Origin: Gemmatimonadota bacterium
Lineage (GTDB): Bacteria > Gemmatimonadota > Gemmatimonadetes > Longimicrobiales > Gaopeijiaceae
Reading direction: 5' to 3'
Length of the DNA stretch: 64,000 nt
Assembly: GCA_034521595.1 (NCBI GenBank)
Contig: JAXHMG010000002.1
Coordinates: 32,001 to 96,000, forward strand
Shown here: one piece after another, positions 49,180 to 58,182 of the stretch
How the letters are laid out: the number at the start of each line of letters is the position of its first letter
Position numbering within the stretch: position 1 is the stretch's first letter
Notes under the pieces: model-generated
Databases searched by the model: none
The model's input: the letters and a program-made list of their open reading frames with translations, nothing else
Told to the model about the DNA's origin: nothing
Translations under genes and position numbers: made by a program

Positions 49180-50880
49180 ATGAAGTTCCTGAGCGTCCAC
49201 CTGGGTTACGCCCTCCGGGACGAGGACCTCCGCAAGAACCTGCGGGCGCTCCTCAAGTACCTCCTGTTCCTGATCGCGGTCATCGCGGTCTATTCGATCC
49301 TCTTCCACGTCATCATGATCAATGTGGAAGGCCAGGATCATTCGTGGATCACGGGCATCTACTGGACGCTCACGGTGATGAGCACCCTCGGGTTCGGCGA
49401 CATCACCTTCACGACCGACCTGGGCCGCGCCTTCAGCGTCGTCGTGCTGATGTCCGGCATCATCCTGCTCCTCATCGTCCTGCCGTTCGCCTTCATCCGG
49501 TACTTCTACGCTCCGTGGCTGGAAGCGCAGATCCGCAAGCGCGTGCCGGACACGGTGCCTCCCGGAACCCACGGACACGTGGTCTTCATCGACTGGGACA
49601 CCATCTCCCAGGACATGGCCCCACGCCTGGCCGGGGAAGGCATCCCCTACTTCGTGGTGACCGAGGAAGGAACGAAGGCGAGCGCCCTGTACGACGACGG
49701 CATCGCCACCGTTCGGGGGAAGGTCGACGACCTCGAGACGTTCGAACGGCTCAATGCGGGGGCGGCACGCCTGATCGTGCTCAACCGCGACGATCTCATG
49801 AACACGAACGTGGCGCTCACCGTGCGTGGCGTCTCGGCCGACGTTCCCCTCGTCGCCTTCGCGGAGAACGAGCACTCGGTCGACATCCTCGAGTTGGGTG
49901 GCTGTGACCACGTGCTTCCGCTCAAGCGGATCCTCGGCGAGCAGCTCGCGAACCGGGTGAACGCCGGCCACGCCCAAGCGCACGTGATCGGCCGGTACCG
50001 CGACCTCGTCATCGCCGAATTCTCCGTGCACGGAACCCCCCTCGTCGGCAAGACCCTCCAGGACAGTCGATTGCGCGAGATCGCCGGTGTGAGCGTGTTG
50101 GGCCTGTGGGAGCGAAGCCAGATCCTGCCGGCTCGCCCCGACGTCGTGTTCAGTGACCTCGCCCTCCCCGTCGTCGCGGGCTCTCAGGAGGCGATCGACC
50201 GGTTGGACGAGTTCCTCTACATCTACGACACCAACTGGAACCCGGTCATCATCCTCGGGGGCGGCAAGGTGGGACGGGCCGCGGCGCGCTCGCTCAAACA
50301 ACGCGGGATCCCGGTGCACATGGTGGAACGGAACCCGGACCTGGCCGAGAGGATCGGCGACCTCCCCGACCGCCTCATCATCGGGGACGCCGCAGATCGC
50401 GACGTAATGCACGCGGTCGGTATCGAGAACGCCCCTTCGGTGCTCCTCACGACGAACCGTGACGAAACCAACATCTACCTCGCGGCCTACACCCGTCGCA
50501 TCAGTCCCGAGGCGCAGATCGTCAGCCGCATCACGCACGACCGGAACCTGCCCTCCATCCAACGGGCGGGCGCGGACCTGACGCTCAGCTACGGTACGCT
50601 CGGCGTCGAGACGCTCCTTTCGCTGCTGCACGACCGACCGACCATCATCCTCGGCCAGGGCATCGGCTTCCACGACATCCCCTGTCCGAAAGCGCTCGAG
50701 GGACTCACCCTCGTGGAAACGGAGATCGGGGCTCGCACCGGCCTCACGGTGGTCGGCCTCGAGGTCGAAGGCGCGCTGATCACGGACCCGGATGCATCGT
50801 CCGTCCTCGTGCCCGGATGCACGTTGCTCACGATCGGATCGGAAGCTCAGTTGGAAGCTTTCCGGAAGGCCTACCCATGA
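49180..50880 (+). CDS. Potassium channel with two RCK (TrkA-N/C) modules
   Basis: Pore TVMSTLGFGDI between TMs; ILGGGKVG, IIGDA. Confidence 0.9.
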   Translation: MKFLSVHLGYALRDEDLRKNLRALLKYLLFLIAVIAVYSILFHVIMINVEGQDHSWITGIYWTLTVMSTLGFGDITFTTDLGRAFSVVVLMSGIILLLIVLPFAFIRYFYAPWLEAQIRKRVPDTVPPGTHGHVVFIDWDTISQDMAPRLAGEGIPYFVVTEEGTKASALYDDGIATVRGKVDDLETFERLNAGAARLIVLNRDDLMNTNVALTVRGVSADVPLVAFAENEHSVDILELGGCDHVLPLKRILGEQLANRVNAGHAQAHVIGRYRDLVIAEFSVHGTPLVGKTLQDSRLREIAGVSVLGLWERSQILPARPDVVFSDLALPVVAGSQEAIDRLDEFLYIYDTNWNPVIILGGGKVGRAAARSLKQRGIPVHMVERNPDLAERIGDLPDRLIIGDAADRDVMHAVGIENAPSVLLTTNRDETNIYLAAYTRRISPEAQIVSRITHDRNLPSIQRAGADLTLSYGTLGVETLLSLLHDRPTIILGQGIGFHDIPCPKALEGLTLVETEIGARTGLTVVGLEVEGALITDPDASSVLVPGCTLLTIGSEAQLEAFRKAYP

Positions 50881-51374
50881 CCGACGAACAGCCCCCGATC
50901 GACCTCCAGAACGTCGACTTTCACGAGATCGCCCGCCGTGGCGACGTCGAGGTCATGACCATCTTTCTCGATGCCGGGCTCGACCCGAACCTACTCGACG
51001 ACCGTGGCTACGGGCTGCTCATGATCGCGGCCTACAACGGTCGGACCGAGACGGTGCGGCTCCTCCTCGAACGCGGTGCGGACCCGGACCTCCCGGATCC
51101 GAGCGGGAACAGTCCGCTCATGGGCACGGCCTTCACGGGCGACGTCGAGGTGGCTCGCACGCTCCTGGACGGGGGTGCGAACCCGAGCCACCCAAACGGG
51201 CAAGGAGCCACCGCCCTCCACTTCGCGGCGATGTTCCAGAACACCGAGTTGGTGGAGGTGCTGCTGGAGGTCGGGGCCGACGTCGAGGCGGTGAGCGCCG
51301 ACGGCGAGACGGCCGAGACCCTGGCCCGAGCCCACGGCCATACCGAGATCGCCGACCGGCTGGCGTCGGCCTGA
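50877..51374 (+). CDS. Ankyrin repeat protein
   Basis: LMIAAYNG, GNSPLMGTAFTG, GATALHFAA; ATGA-coupled to the channel gene. Confidence 0.9.
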   Translation: MTDEQPPIDLQNVDFHEIARRGDVEVMTIFLDAGLDPNLLDDRGYGLLMIAAYNGRTETVRLLLERGADPDLPDPSGNSPLMGTAFTGDVEVARTLLDGGANPSHPNGQGATALHFAAMFQNTELVEVLLEVGADVEAVSADGETAETLARAHGHTEIADRLASA

Positions 51375-51390
51375 CCCGCGTCCCCTCACC

Positions 51391-52689
51391 TCACCCGGCG
51401 AGCGTGCGCCGGAGCGCGGGCATGCGCGCCGACAAGGTGAGCCCGCGCGTGACGACGTAGACGACGAACGCGATCCACAGGCCCGTGTTCGCCCACTCCG
51501 CCACCAGCAGCCACGACGCGCCGAGGAACACCGCGAGGGAGACGAGGGCCGCGTCCCGCATGTCCCGGGTCCGGGTCGCGCCGATGAAGATGCCGTCGAG
51601 CTGGAACGCGGCGAACGAGACCAGGATGTAGACGGCCGTGTACGGAAGGTATTGGCCCGCCGTGTCGCGCACCGGCTCGTGCGCGCTGAGGAGCGCGATG
51701 AGGGTCGGTCCCCCGAACCAGATCAGCGCCGTCAACACGACCGCGGTTCCACCCGCCAACTCGGTCGCCGCCCGCACCGCCCGGTCGAACGCCGCGCGCG
51801 TGCGCGCTCCGACGGCCCGGCCGACGAGCACCTCGGTCGCGTGCGCGTAGCCGTCCAGGAGGTAGGCGCTCGCGGAGACGAGTTGCAGGAGCACGTGGTT
51901 GGCCGCGAGCAGCGTGTCCCCGAAGCGGGCCCCCTGGCTCGTGAACCACGCGAAGCCGCCGAGGAGCGCGAGCGTCCGCACCATGATGTCCGCGTTCGCG
52001 CCGAGGGTCCGAAGCACCTTGGCGCGGTCCAGCACGCGCGCCCAGGGCCAGAACGGTTCGCCGTCCGCGTGCCGTGAGCGGACCAACCGGTACGCCAGCC
52101 CGAGGGCGAGCACGAGCGTCGTCCACTCGGCGATCGCCGTGCCGAACGCGATGCCGCGCACGCCCCATCCGAGCACGCCGGCGAAGAGGACGTCGAGAAT
52201 GATGTTCAGCCCGTTGAGCGCGATCTGGGTGCCCAGGAGCAGTCGGGTGCGGCCGAGCCCCACGAACGTTCCCAGCAATGCGAACGTGGCCAGGCTGGCC
52301 GGCGCGCCCCAGATGCGCGTGTGGAAGTAGGCTCGCGTGAGGGCCGCGACATCCTCCGTGGAGCCGAGCAGCACGAGGGCCACGTCGATGAGCGGCTTCT
52401 GGAGCGCGAGAAGCACCAGGGCGATGCCGCCGGCCAGGAGGAGGGCCCGGCCGAGCGTCGCCCGCACTTCCACCTCGTCCCCCGCCCCGGACGCCTGCGC
52501 CGTGAAGCCGGTCGTCCCCATGCGCAGGAAGCCGAAGCTCCAGTACGCGAAGTTGAAGATGATCGCGCCGAGGGCGATCGCGCCCAGCCCCTGGACGGTG
52601 CCGGTGTTGCCGATGACCGCCGTGTCGACCAGCCCGAGCAGCGGCACGGCCGAGTTCGCGAGCACGATCGGCCACGCGAGCGCGAGCAC
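51391..52689 (-). CDS. dinF: MATE efflux transporter (DinF-like)
   Basis: PLLGLVDTAVIG, FGFLRMGTTGFTAQA, LNIILD, FQLDGIFIGAT; start uncertain. Confidence 0.85.
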   Translation of the reverse strand: MLALAWPIVLANSAVPLLGLVDTAVIGNTGTVQGLGAIALGAIIFNFAYWSFGFLRMGTTGFTAQASGAGDEVEVRATLGRALLLAGGIALVLLALQKPLIDVALVLLGSTEDVAALTRAYFHTRIWGAPASLATFALLGTFVGLGRTRLLLGTQIALNGLNIILDVLFAGVLGWGVRGIAFGTAIAEWTTLVLALGLAYRLVRSRHADGEPFWPWARVLDRAKVLRTLGANADIMVRTLALLGGFAWFTSQGARFGDTLLAANHVLLQLVSASAYLLDGYAHATEVLVGRAVGARTRAAFDRAVRAATELAGGTAVVLTALIWFGGPTLIALLSAHEPVRDTAGQYLPYTAVYILVSFAAFQLDGIFIGATRTRDMRDAALVSLAVFLGASWLLVAEWANTGLWIAFVVYVVTRGLTLSARMPALRRTLAG

Positions 52690-52742
52690 GTGCCGGCGCG
52701 CGGAGGAGCCGCCGGTCGCTCGATCCGGCGGAGACTCGTGGG

Positions 52743-53333
52743 TCAGCGCCAGCCCTCCAGCACCCCGTAGGAGCGCACGGACAGGCGGCCCGATTCGATC
52801 GGACCGGCGACCCAGACCACCGTCCCGGCCGCACGTCGGAGGTCCCCGGAGACGGCCCGGAGACCGGTCGCCTCACCACTTCCCAACGGCTCCACGCTCC
52901 ACCCGTCCGTTCCCTCGTCACGCAGCACGCCGAGCGTCGCCGGCATGCCGTCCACCTCCACGACCTCGACCTCGGTCACCTCGAGCTCGCCCCCCGGCGT
53001 GAGCCCCGGCCCGCACGCTCTCACGGTCGTGCCCGTCAGGAGCCTCACGTTCCCCGCCATCGTCCCGAGGAGCTCGACCCTCGGGCCGTCCGCCGGATCC
53101 ACCCAGGTCCGCGGGGCGATGTCGACGCCCTCGGAGACGACGACGCCCCGTACGCACTCCCCGGCCTCACGGGCCGCGGTGACCTGCCCATCGGCTCCCT
53201 CGGAGGGGCCGTCCGATCCGGACGACGAAGCGCACCCGGCGGACAGGAGCGCCACGAAGGGAATGGCCGCCGCGCGGCGGCGCCGAGAAAAAGCGAGAGT
53301 CCGTGGTGGGCGAACGCGGAAAGCCTTGCTCAT
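52743..53333 (-). CDS. Hypothetical lipoprotein
   Basis: Lipobox SAGC; ATGA overlap with the upstream gene. Confidence 0.6.
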   Translation of the reverse strand: MSKAFRVRPPRTLAFSRRRRAAAIPFVALLSAGCASSSGSDGPSEGADGQVTAAREAGECVRGVVVSEGVDIAPRTWVDPADGPRVELLGTMAGNVRLLTGTTVRACGPGLTPGGELEVTEVEVVEVDGMPATLGVLRDEGTDGWSVEPLGSGEATGLRAVSGDLRRAAGTVVWVAGPIESGRLSVRSYGVLEGWR

Positions 53334-55936
53334 TGGATCCTCAACACCCAGAGGACCATCCCTTCCGGGACCGCGCCCTCGTCGGCCGGACTCCGGATCC
53401 GGAGGCTCGTGGGATCGTGGGCATCGGGAGGGGTCCACTCGAGGTAGGCGCTCGACGCGGCCCGGACCTCCACGTCGAGCGTGGGCTCGGCCGCCGTGCT
53501 CGTGTAGGGGCGCAGACGGGCTTCCTCCACGACGCTCTGGAAGACGTTGTGGACGTTCCACGACGGGAGCCAATCGCCCATGCCGGGGCGGTCGTCGGCC
53601 CAGAGGGTGGCGGCGAACTCCACGAGTAGGGATTCGCGGGTCTTACCGGTTACCTCGAGAAGCGCGTCGAGTCCGTTGGCCGTCGGCCGGGTCAGCTCCC
53701 GCATCAGCGCCTCGTCGTCGAGCTTGTCGTCCCCCGTCTGATCCAGCACCCAGCGGAGCAGCATCGACGGCACGCCGTACACCGCGCGTCGGTTCTCGCA
53801 GGGACCGGCGTTGCCCTCGCTCTTCCGGCCGATCCAGGAGCACTGCTCCGGCGCAAACTCCTCGGGTGGTGTATCCCGTCCCTTGAAGCCGAAGTAGAGC
53901 GCCATGTCCACGACCCAGTCGCGGTACCAGCCGGGCTCGGCGTTCTCGGAGTCCGCCCCGTCCCGCCAGTCGGCGGAGTCGAGGTTCATCCGGGGCCCAT
54001 GGTCGAGCACTTCGTAGCCCACGAGCTGCTCGGCCAGGGTCGCGCCACCCTCGAGCTCCCAGGACGTCTTGGGCTTGGGTTCGGGTTCGGGCGTCGTGAA
54101 GAGCGCGGTGAACTGAAGGATGTGCGTCAGCTCGTGCGCGATGAGCGGCGGGTACTGGACGAGCAGGTCCGCCACCTCCACCGTATCCCCGTGGACGCCC
54201 TCGGGATCGGGGGTCCGCCCGTAGAACATCTCCGCCTGGTTGCTGGTGCCGCACTGGTCCTGGCCGACCAGGTCACCGCTGAACACGAAGCCCGCGAAGT
54301 TCTCCTTCTCATTGACCTCCTTCGTGATCAGCACGAGGACGAGATCGTTGTCGTCCACGTCGGCGAACTCGCCGAAGTTGTTTTCCAGCGTCGGCAGCGT
54401 GGTCTGCTCGAGAAGGCCGTCCAGGTTTTGATACTGAGTCCTGGTGAAGCCCGCGGTCGGATTGTCCACGTCTTCGAGGAAGGCCGCGGCGTCGCCCACG
54501 TGACGCACGACGGCCTGGACTTCCGCGCCGGTGTCGCAGCTTTCCGGCACCGTGAAGTCCAGGGTCTCTCCCTCTTCGGGGGGCGCGCGCTGGGGTGCCG
54601 CGGCTCCGCCGGCCGCCGTCGCGAGGCTCGGCGTCCCCGCCCCCAACGACTCCAACCACGCCCGCTCCGCCGCCCGGATGCGGGCTTCACCGCTCCGGTC
54701 CGGACGCGCCTCCGCGAGGCTCGCGAGGGCCGGCGAGCCGCCCGGAGCGGGCGCCCGGCGGACGGACGTCACGGTGGCCCCCGACGTCGTGCCCTCCGGC
54801 GCGCGGAACGACCCCACCGCCTCCGACCCCGTCCCGGAACGAGCAACCGTCGTGGTCGCGCCGTCGTCCTCCGCCACGAGGCGGGACCCGGTCCGTGACG
54901 CGAGACGGGTGGGCGTGAGCGAGCTCGCCACCTCGGAGCTCGAGAGGACGCCCACGAGATACCGCTCGTCGGACGAGCCGGTGTCCAGGTGGAGGCATCC
55001 CTCGGTCGCGTAGCGGCCGTCGCCCACCGCGAGAGCGTGCACCGCCTCCGAGGGCGGCCGGACTTCGGCCGAGACCGAATCGACCATGTCCCGCGCGGCG
55101 ACCCGGAGCCGCCCTTCCCGGGGCGGCCGGCAGTCCGCGTCGGGAACGATCACCCGCAGCTCCACGGACGAGGCCGACGTCACCTCCGCCGCGGTGCCGT
55201 CCAGGGTGACCTCGTTTCCGGCCATCTCCGTGTCGAAGCCCAGTCCGCGGATCGTCGCCGTGTCGCCTTCGATCATCGGCGACGGGCTCACGCTTCCGGC
55301 CACGACCCGGTCGTCGCCCACGAACGCCGCAAGCGCGCCGGCCACCCCGTCCGCCACCACCGAGAGGCTGTCGGCCCCGTCTCCGACGGCCTCGACCAGC
55401 CCCGAGGCCGACACCGTGATCACGGACGTGTCGTTGGACGTCCAGCTCACGGACTCGGTCGGCATGGGGTTGCCGTTCGCATCCACGACCGTCGCGACCA
55501 CGGTGGTCGTGTCCCCGGGGTTCTCGAGCGTCACCGGGTCCGGAAGGAACCGGAGTCGGTCCGCGACCTGCTCGACCGACACGGAGGCGGACGCTCGGGC
55601 CTCGTCGGCCGAAGCCGTCACCGTCGCGCTCCCGTTGCCGATCGAGGTCACCACGCCCGCGCCCGAGACCGAGGCGACGGCCGGGTCCGAGGAGCCCCAG
55701 GTCACGCCCACGCCTTCCATCGGCTCGCCGTTCTGGTCGCGCACGGTAGCGGCAATGGCCGCCGTGTCACCGAGCGCGGAGAAGTCCAGCTCGGACCTCG
55801 AAAGGTCGATCGTGCTCGCGGCAGGCTCTTCGCTCCCGGTCGGGCTGTCCGAGCACGCGGTGATCAACGTGGCCGGCAGGAGCGCGAGCGTGACGATACG
55901 GCCGGTGCGGCACTTCCGATGCAGGTCCATATTCAT
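53330..55936 (-). CDS. Surface lipoprotein: Big_2 Ig domains, IPT/TIG domain and HExxH zinc metallopeptidase-like domain
   Basis: Lipobox ITAC; VTWGSSDPAVASVSGAGVVT, WTSNDTSVITVSASGLV; IRGLGF; IAHELTHILQ...WELEGGATLAE. Confidence 0.8.
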   Translation of the reverse strand: MNMDLHRKCRTGRIVTLALLPATLITACSDSPTGSEEPAASTIDLSRSELDFSALGDTAAIAATVRDQNGEPMEGVGVTWGSSDPAVASVSGAGVVTSIGNGSATVTASADEARASASVSVEQVADRLRFLPDPVTLENPGDTTTVVATVVDANGNPMPTESVSWTSNDTSVITVSASGLVEAVGDGADSLSVVADGVAGALAAFVGDDRVVAGSVSPSPMIEGDTATIRGLGFDTEMAGNEVTLDGTAAEVTSASSVELRVIVPDADCRPPREGRLRVAARDMVDSVSAEVRPPSEAVHALAVGDGRYATEGCLHLDTGSSDERYLVGVLSSSEVASSLTPTRLASRTGSRLVAEDDGATTTVARSGTGSEAVGSFRAPEGTTSGATVTSVRRAPAPGGSPALASLAEARPDRSGEARIRAAERAWLESLGAGTPSLATAAGGAAAPQRAPPEEGETLDFTVPESCDTGAEVQAVVRHVGDAAAFLEDVDNPTAGFTRTQYQNLDGLLEQTTLPTLENNFGEFADVDDNDLVLVLITKEVNEKENFAGFVFSGDLVGQDQCGTSNQAEMFYGRTPDPEGVHGDTVEVADLLVQYPPLIAHELTHILQFTALFTTPEPEPKPKTSWELEGGATLAEQLVGYEVLDHGPRMNLDSADWRDGADSENAEPGWYRDWVVDMALYFGFKGRDTPPEEFAPEQCSWIGRKSEGNAGPCENRRAVYGVPSMLLRWVLDQTGDDKLDDEALMRELTRPTANGLDALLEVTGKTRESLLVEFAATLWADDRPGMGDWLPSWNVHNVFQSVVEEARLRPYTSTAAEPTLDVEVRAASSAYLEWTPPDAHDPTSLRIRSPADEGAVPEGMVLWVLRIQ

Positions 55937-56018
55937 AACATGCCCCCTGTGGCGCCGACGGGCCAGCGCGGACCCGCACGCCGTGCTCCGCGCGCGACCA
56001 CGTGACGCTCACCCGTCG

Positions 56019-56060
56019 TTGCGCGCGCGGTATGAGTATACCATACTCATATTATGAGTA
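56019..56060 (+). promoter_or_regulatory. TA promoter/operator: TTGCGC-N17-CATACT overlapped by three TATGAGTA half-sites
   Basis: TATGAGTAT-ACC-ATACTCATA palindrome (56031-56051) plus TACTCATA-T-TATGAGTA (56044-56060) over the ATG. Confidence 0.7.
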
Positions 56061-56476
56061 AGCGCTTGCAGGTCGTCATGGACGACGCGGAGTACGACGA
56101 GATCCAAGACGCGGCCGACGCCGCGCGGCTCACGATATCGGCGTGGGTGCGGCGGTCCTTGCGGGCCCAGCGCGCACGCGCCTCCAACCGACCGGAAGGA
56201 GCCACGGTTCCCGCCGTGGCAGGGCCGGCCCCTTCTCCGGCCCGAGACGGAACCGGACGACCGCCGGACGACGGGCTCGTGCGCGCGGTCATGGAGCGGC
56301 ACGGGATCTCTTCCCCCGCGGAGGCCGTCGACTTCGCGCTCCGGCGTGCGGCCGAGCCGCCGCTGGCGCCGGGAGACCTCCTCGCGCTGCGAGGCACCGG
56401 GTGGTCGGGAGACCTCGAGGCGGTCCGCGCTCACCCGATGCGCGGCACGAAGGGTTCGGCCGGAGCCCGGTCGTGA
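56054..56476 (+). CDS. vapB: VapB-type antitoxin (RHH domain plus VapB-like C-terminal half)
   Basis: MSKRLQVVMDDAEY...ISAWVRRSL RHH; DDGLVRAVMERHG...EAVDFALRR...LRGTGWSGDL; GTGA overlap with the PIN gene. Confidence 0.75.
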   Translation: MSKRLQVVMDDAEYDEIQDAADAARLTISAWVRRSLRAQRARASNRPEGATVPAVAGPAPSPARDGTGRPPDDGLVRAVMERHGISSPAEAVDFALRRAAEPPLAPGDLLALRGTGWSGDLEAVRAHPMRGTKGSAGARS

Positions 56477-58182
56477 TCCTCGTCGACACGTCGGCGTGGG
56501 TAGCCTATCTACGGGGAACGGGCTCTGAAGCGGATCACGCCCTCCAGCGACTCCTGTCGGACCGCGCACGGCTGTTCACGACGGACACCGTCATGGTGGA
56601 GCTCCTCGCCGGAGCGGGGGACGAGGAGGCCGCCCGGAGGGTGTCCGGGCTCCTCTTCTCGCTCGAGCGGTGCACGCCCCCAGGGCCGCTGGACCTCGAG
56701 CGAGCGGGGCACCTCTACCGAGCGGAGCGGAAGGGCGACCATGATCCTGTCAGCCTTTCTTCGTGTCTGGTCGCGGCCGTCGCGCTACGGGACGACCTCC
56801 CGGTCCTCGCGGAGGACGACGACTTCGCGACCCTCGCCCGCACCTCCGGCCTCCGGCTGTGGGAAACGGACAGGAGCGCCCCGCGCCAGGCGCCGACCGC
56901 TCCCGCGGCCCGCGCGCCCGACGTAGCGCCCGCTCGGGCACGGTCCACCTCCGCGGAAGCGGTCGTCCTCGTCGTCGAAGACGAGCCGTCGGCAGCACGG
57001 CTGCTCGACGATGCGCTGGCCGATCCGGGGCGCCGGCTGGTGCATGCGGGGTCGGGCCGGGAAGCGCGCGCCCGCATCGCCGAGCGCCCGCCCGGGGCGA
57101 TCGTCCTCGACCTGATCCTCCCCGACGAAGACGGCCGAAACCTTCTGGCCGATCTCCGTCGAGATCCGAGCACGAAGGACGCCGGGGTCGTGATCGTGAC
57201 GGGGAAGGCCGGCCCTCGGACCCGGGAGGAGTGCTTCGCGCTGGGGGCGGACGCGTTCTTCGACAAACCCTTCGACGAACCGAAGCTTTCCCGCGCGGTC
57301 GAGGGCATCCTGGTCGAGGGACGCGCTTCGACGCCCGACCCCGACCCCCTCCTCGCCCCGCTCACCCTCTCGGAAGTGCAGAAGCGGTTGAAGGCCGACC
57401 GGGAAGGCACCCCCGGCCAACGCACCTGGACCGTCGGCCTCCTGGAGATCACGACCGGCGCGGGCGAAGCAGGCTCCGCGACCGAGGACGGCGACGGCCG
57501 GCTCCTCCCCAGCCTGCTCCGAACCGTCATCCAGGCGCTGCTCGCGCGCCTCGAGGAAGGCGAGCTGCTCGCCCGTTGGGGCGTCAACCAACTGGTCGTG
57601 GTGAGCGCCCTGCGGTCCGAAGCCGAGCTCCTCACGCTCGTCCGTGACATGTCGACTCTCCAGGCCGCCGGCGACCACGTGTCGGGCGGGGTGCGGCGTG
57701 TAGGCCACGACGAGGACCTGCTCGATGCCGTGGCCACCATGGCCGCACGGATCGACGACATAGGGACGGACCCGGCCCCGTCCATCGTGCCACTCGACGA
57801 AAAGCCAACCGGCCGGCCACGTGCCGCGCTCGTCGAAGACGACCCCATCACGGCGGGACTGGTGCGTCACCGCCTCGAGCGGAGCGGCTTTCTCGTCGAC
57901 CACTCCACGGACGGGGAGGTAGCACTCGACGCGATCCTGAAGGAGCCGCCGAGCGTGGCCATCCTCGACATCCAGCTTCCCTCCATGGACGGCTTCGAGA
58001 TCCTGCGCCGGATGAAGGAGCACGACACCACGCGCGACGTGCCCGTGCTCATGTTGACCTCGTTGGGTCGCGAGCAGCACGTCCGCCGCGGCTTCGAGCT
58101 GGGCGCGGACGACTACGTCACCAAGCCGTTTTCGCCCAGCGAGCTCCTGACCCGGGTACTCCGGCTGGTGCGCCGGAAATGA
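56473..58182 (+). CDS. VapC-like PIN domain fused to REC-degenerate GGDEF-REC response regulator (569 aa)
   Basis: ILVDTSAWV...VMVELLAG...CLVAAVAL...EDDDF; VLVVEDE..LDLILP..VTG..KPF; ARWGVNQL; LVEDD..LDIQLP..LTS..KPF. Confidence 0.85.
   Translation: MILVDTSAWVAYLRGTGSEADHALQRLLSDRARLFTTDTVMVELLAGAGDEEAARRVSGLLFSLERCTPPGPLDLERAGHLYRAERKGDHDPVSLSSCLVAAVALRDDLPVLAEDDDFATLARTSGLRLWETDRSAPRQAPTAPAARAPDVAPARARSTSAEAVVLVVEDEPSAARLLDDALADPGRRLVHAGSGREARARIAERPPGAIVLDLILPDEDGRNLLADLRRDPSTKDAGVVIVTGKAGPRTREECFALGADAFFDKPFDEPKLSRAVEGILVEGRASTPDPDPLLAPLTLSEVQKRLKADREGTPGQRTWTVGLLEITTGAGEAGSATEDGDGRLLPSLLRTVIQALLARLEEGELLARWGVNQLVVVSALRSEAELLTLVRDMSTLQAAGDHVSGGVRRVGHDEDLLDAVATMAARIDDIGTDPAPSIVPLDEKPTGRPRAALVEDDPITAGLVRHRLERSGFLVDHSTDGEVALDAILKEPPSVAILDIQLPSMDGFEILRRMKEHDTTRDVPVLMLTSLGREQHVRRGFELGADDYVTKPFSPSELLTRVLRLVRRK

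Noticed and set aside
57340-57760. Active diguanylate cyclase
   Set aside because: GG[DE]EF is replaced by GVNQL and the upstream catalytic motifs are eroded
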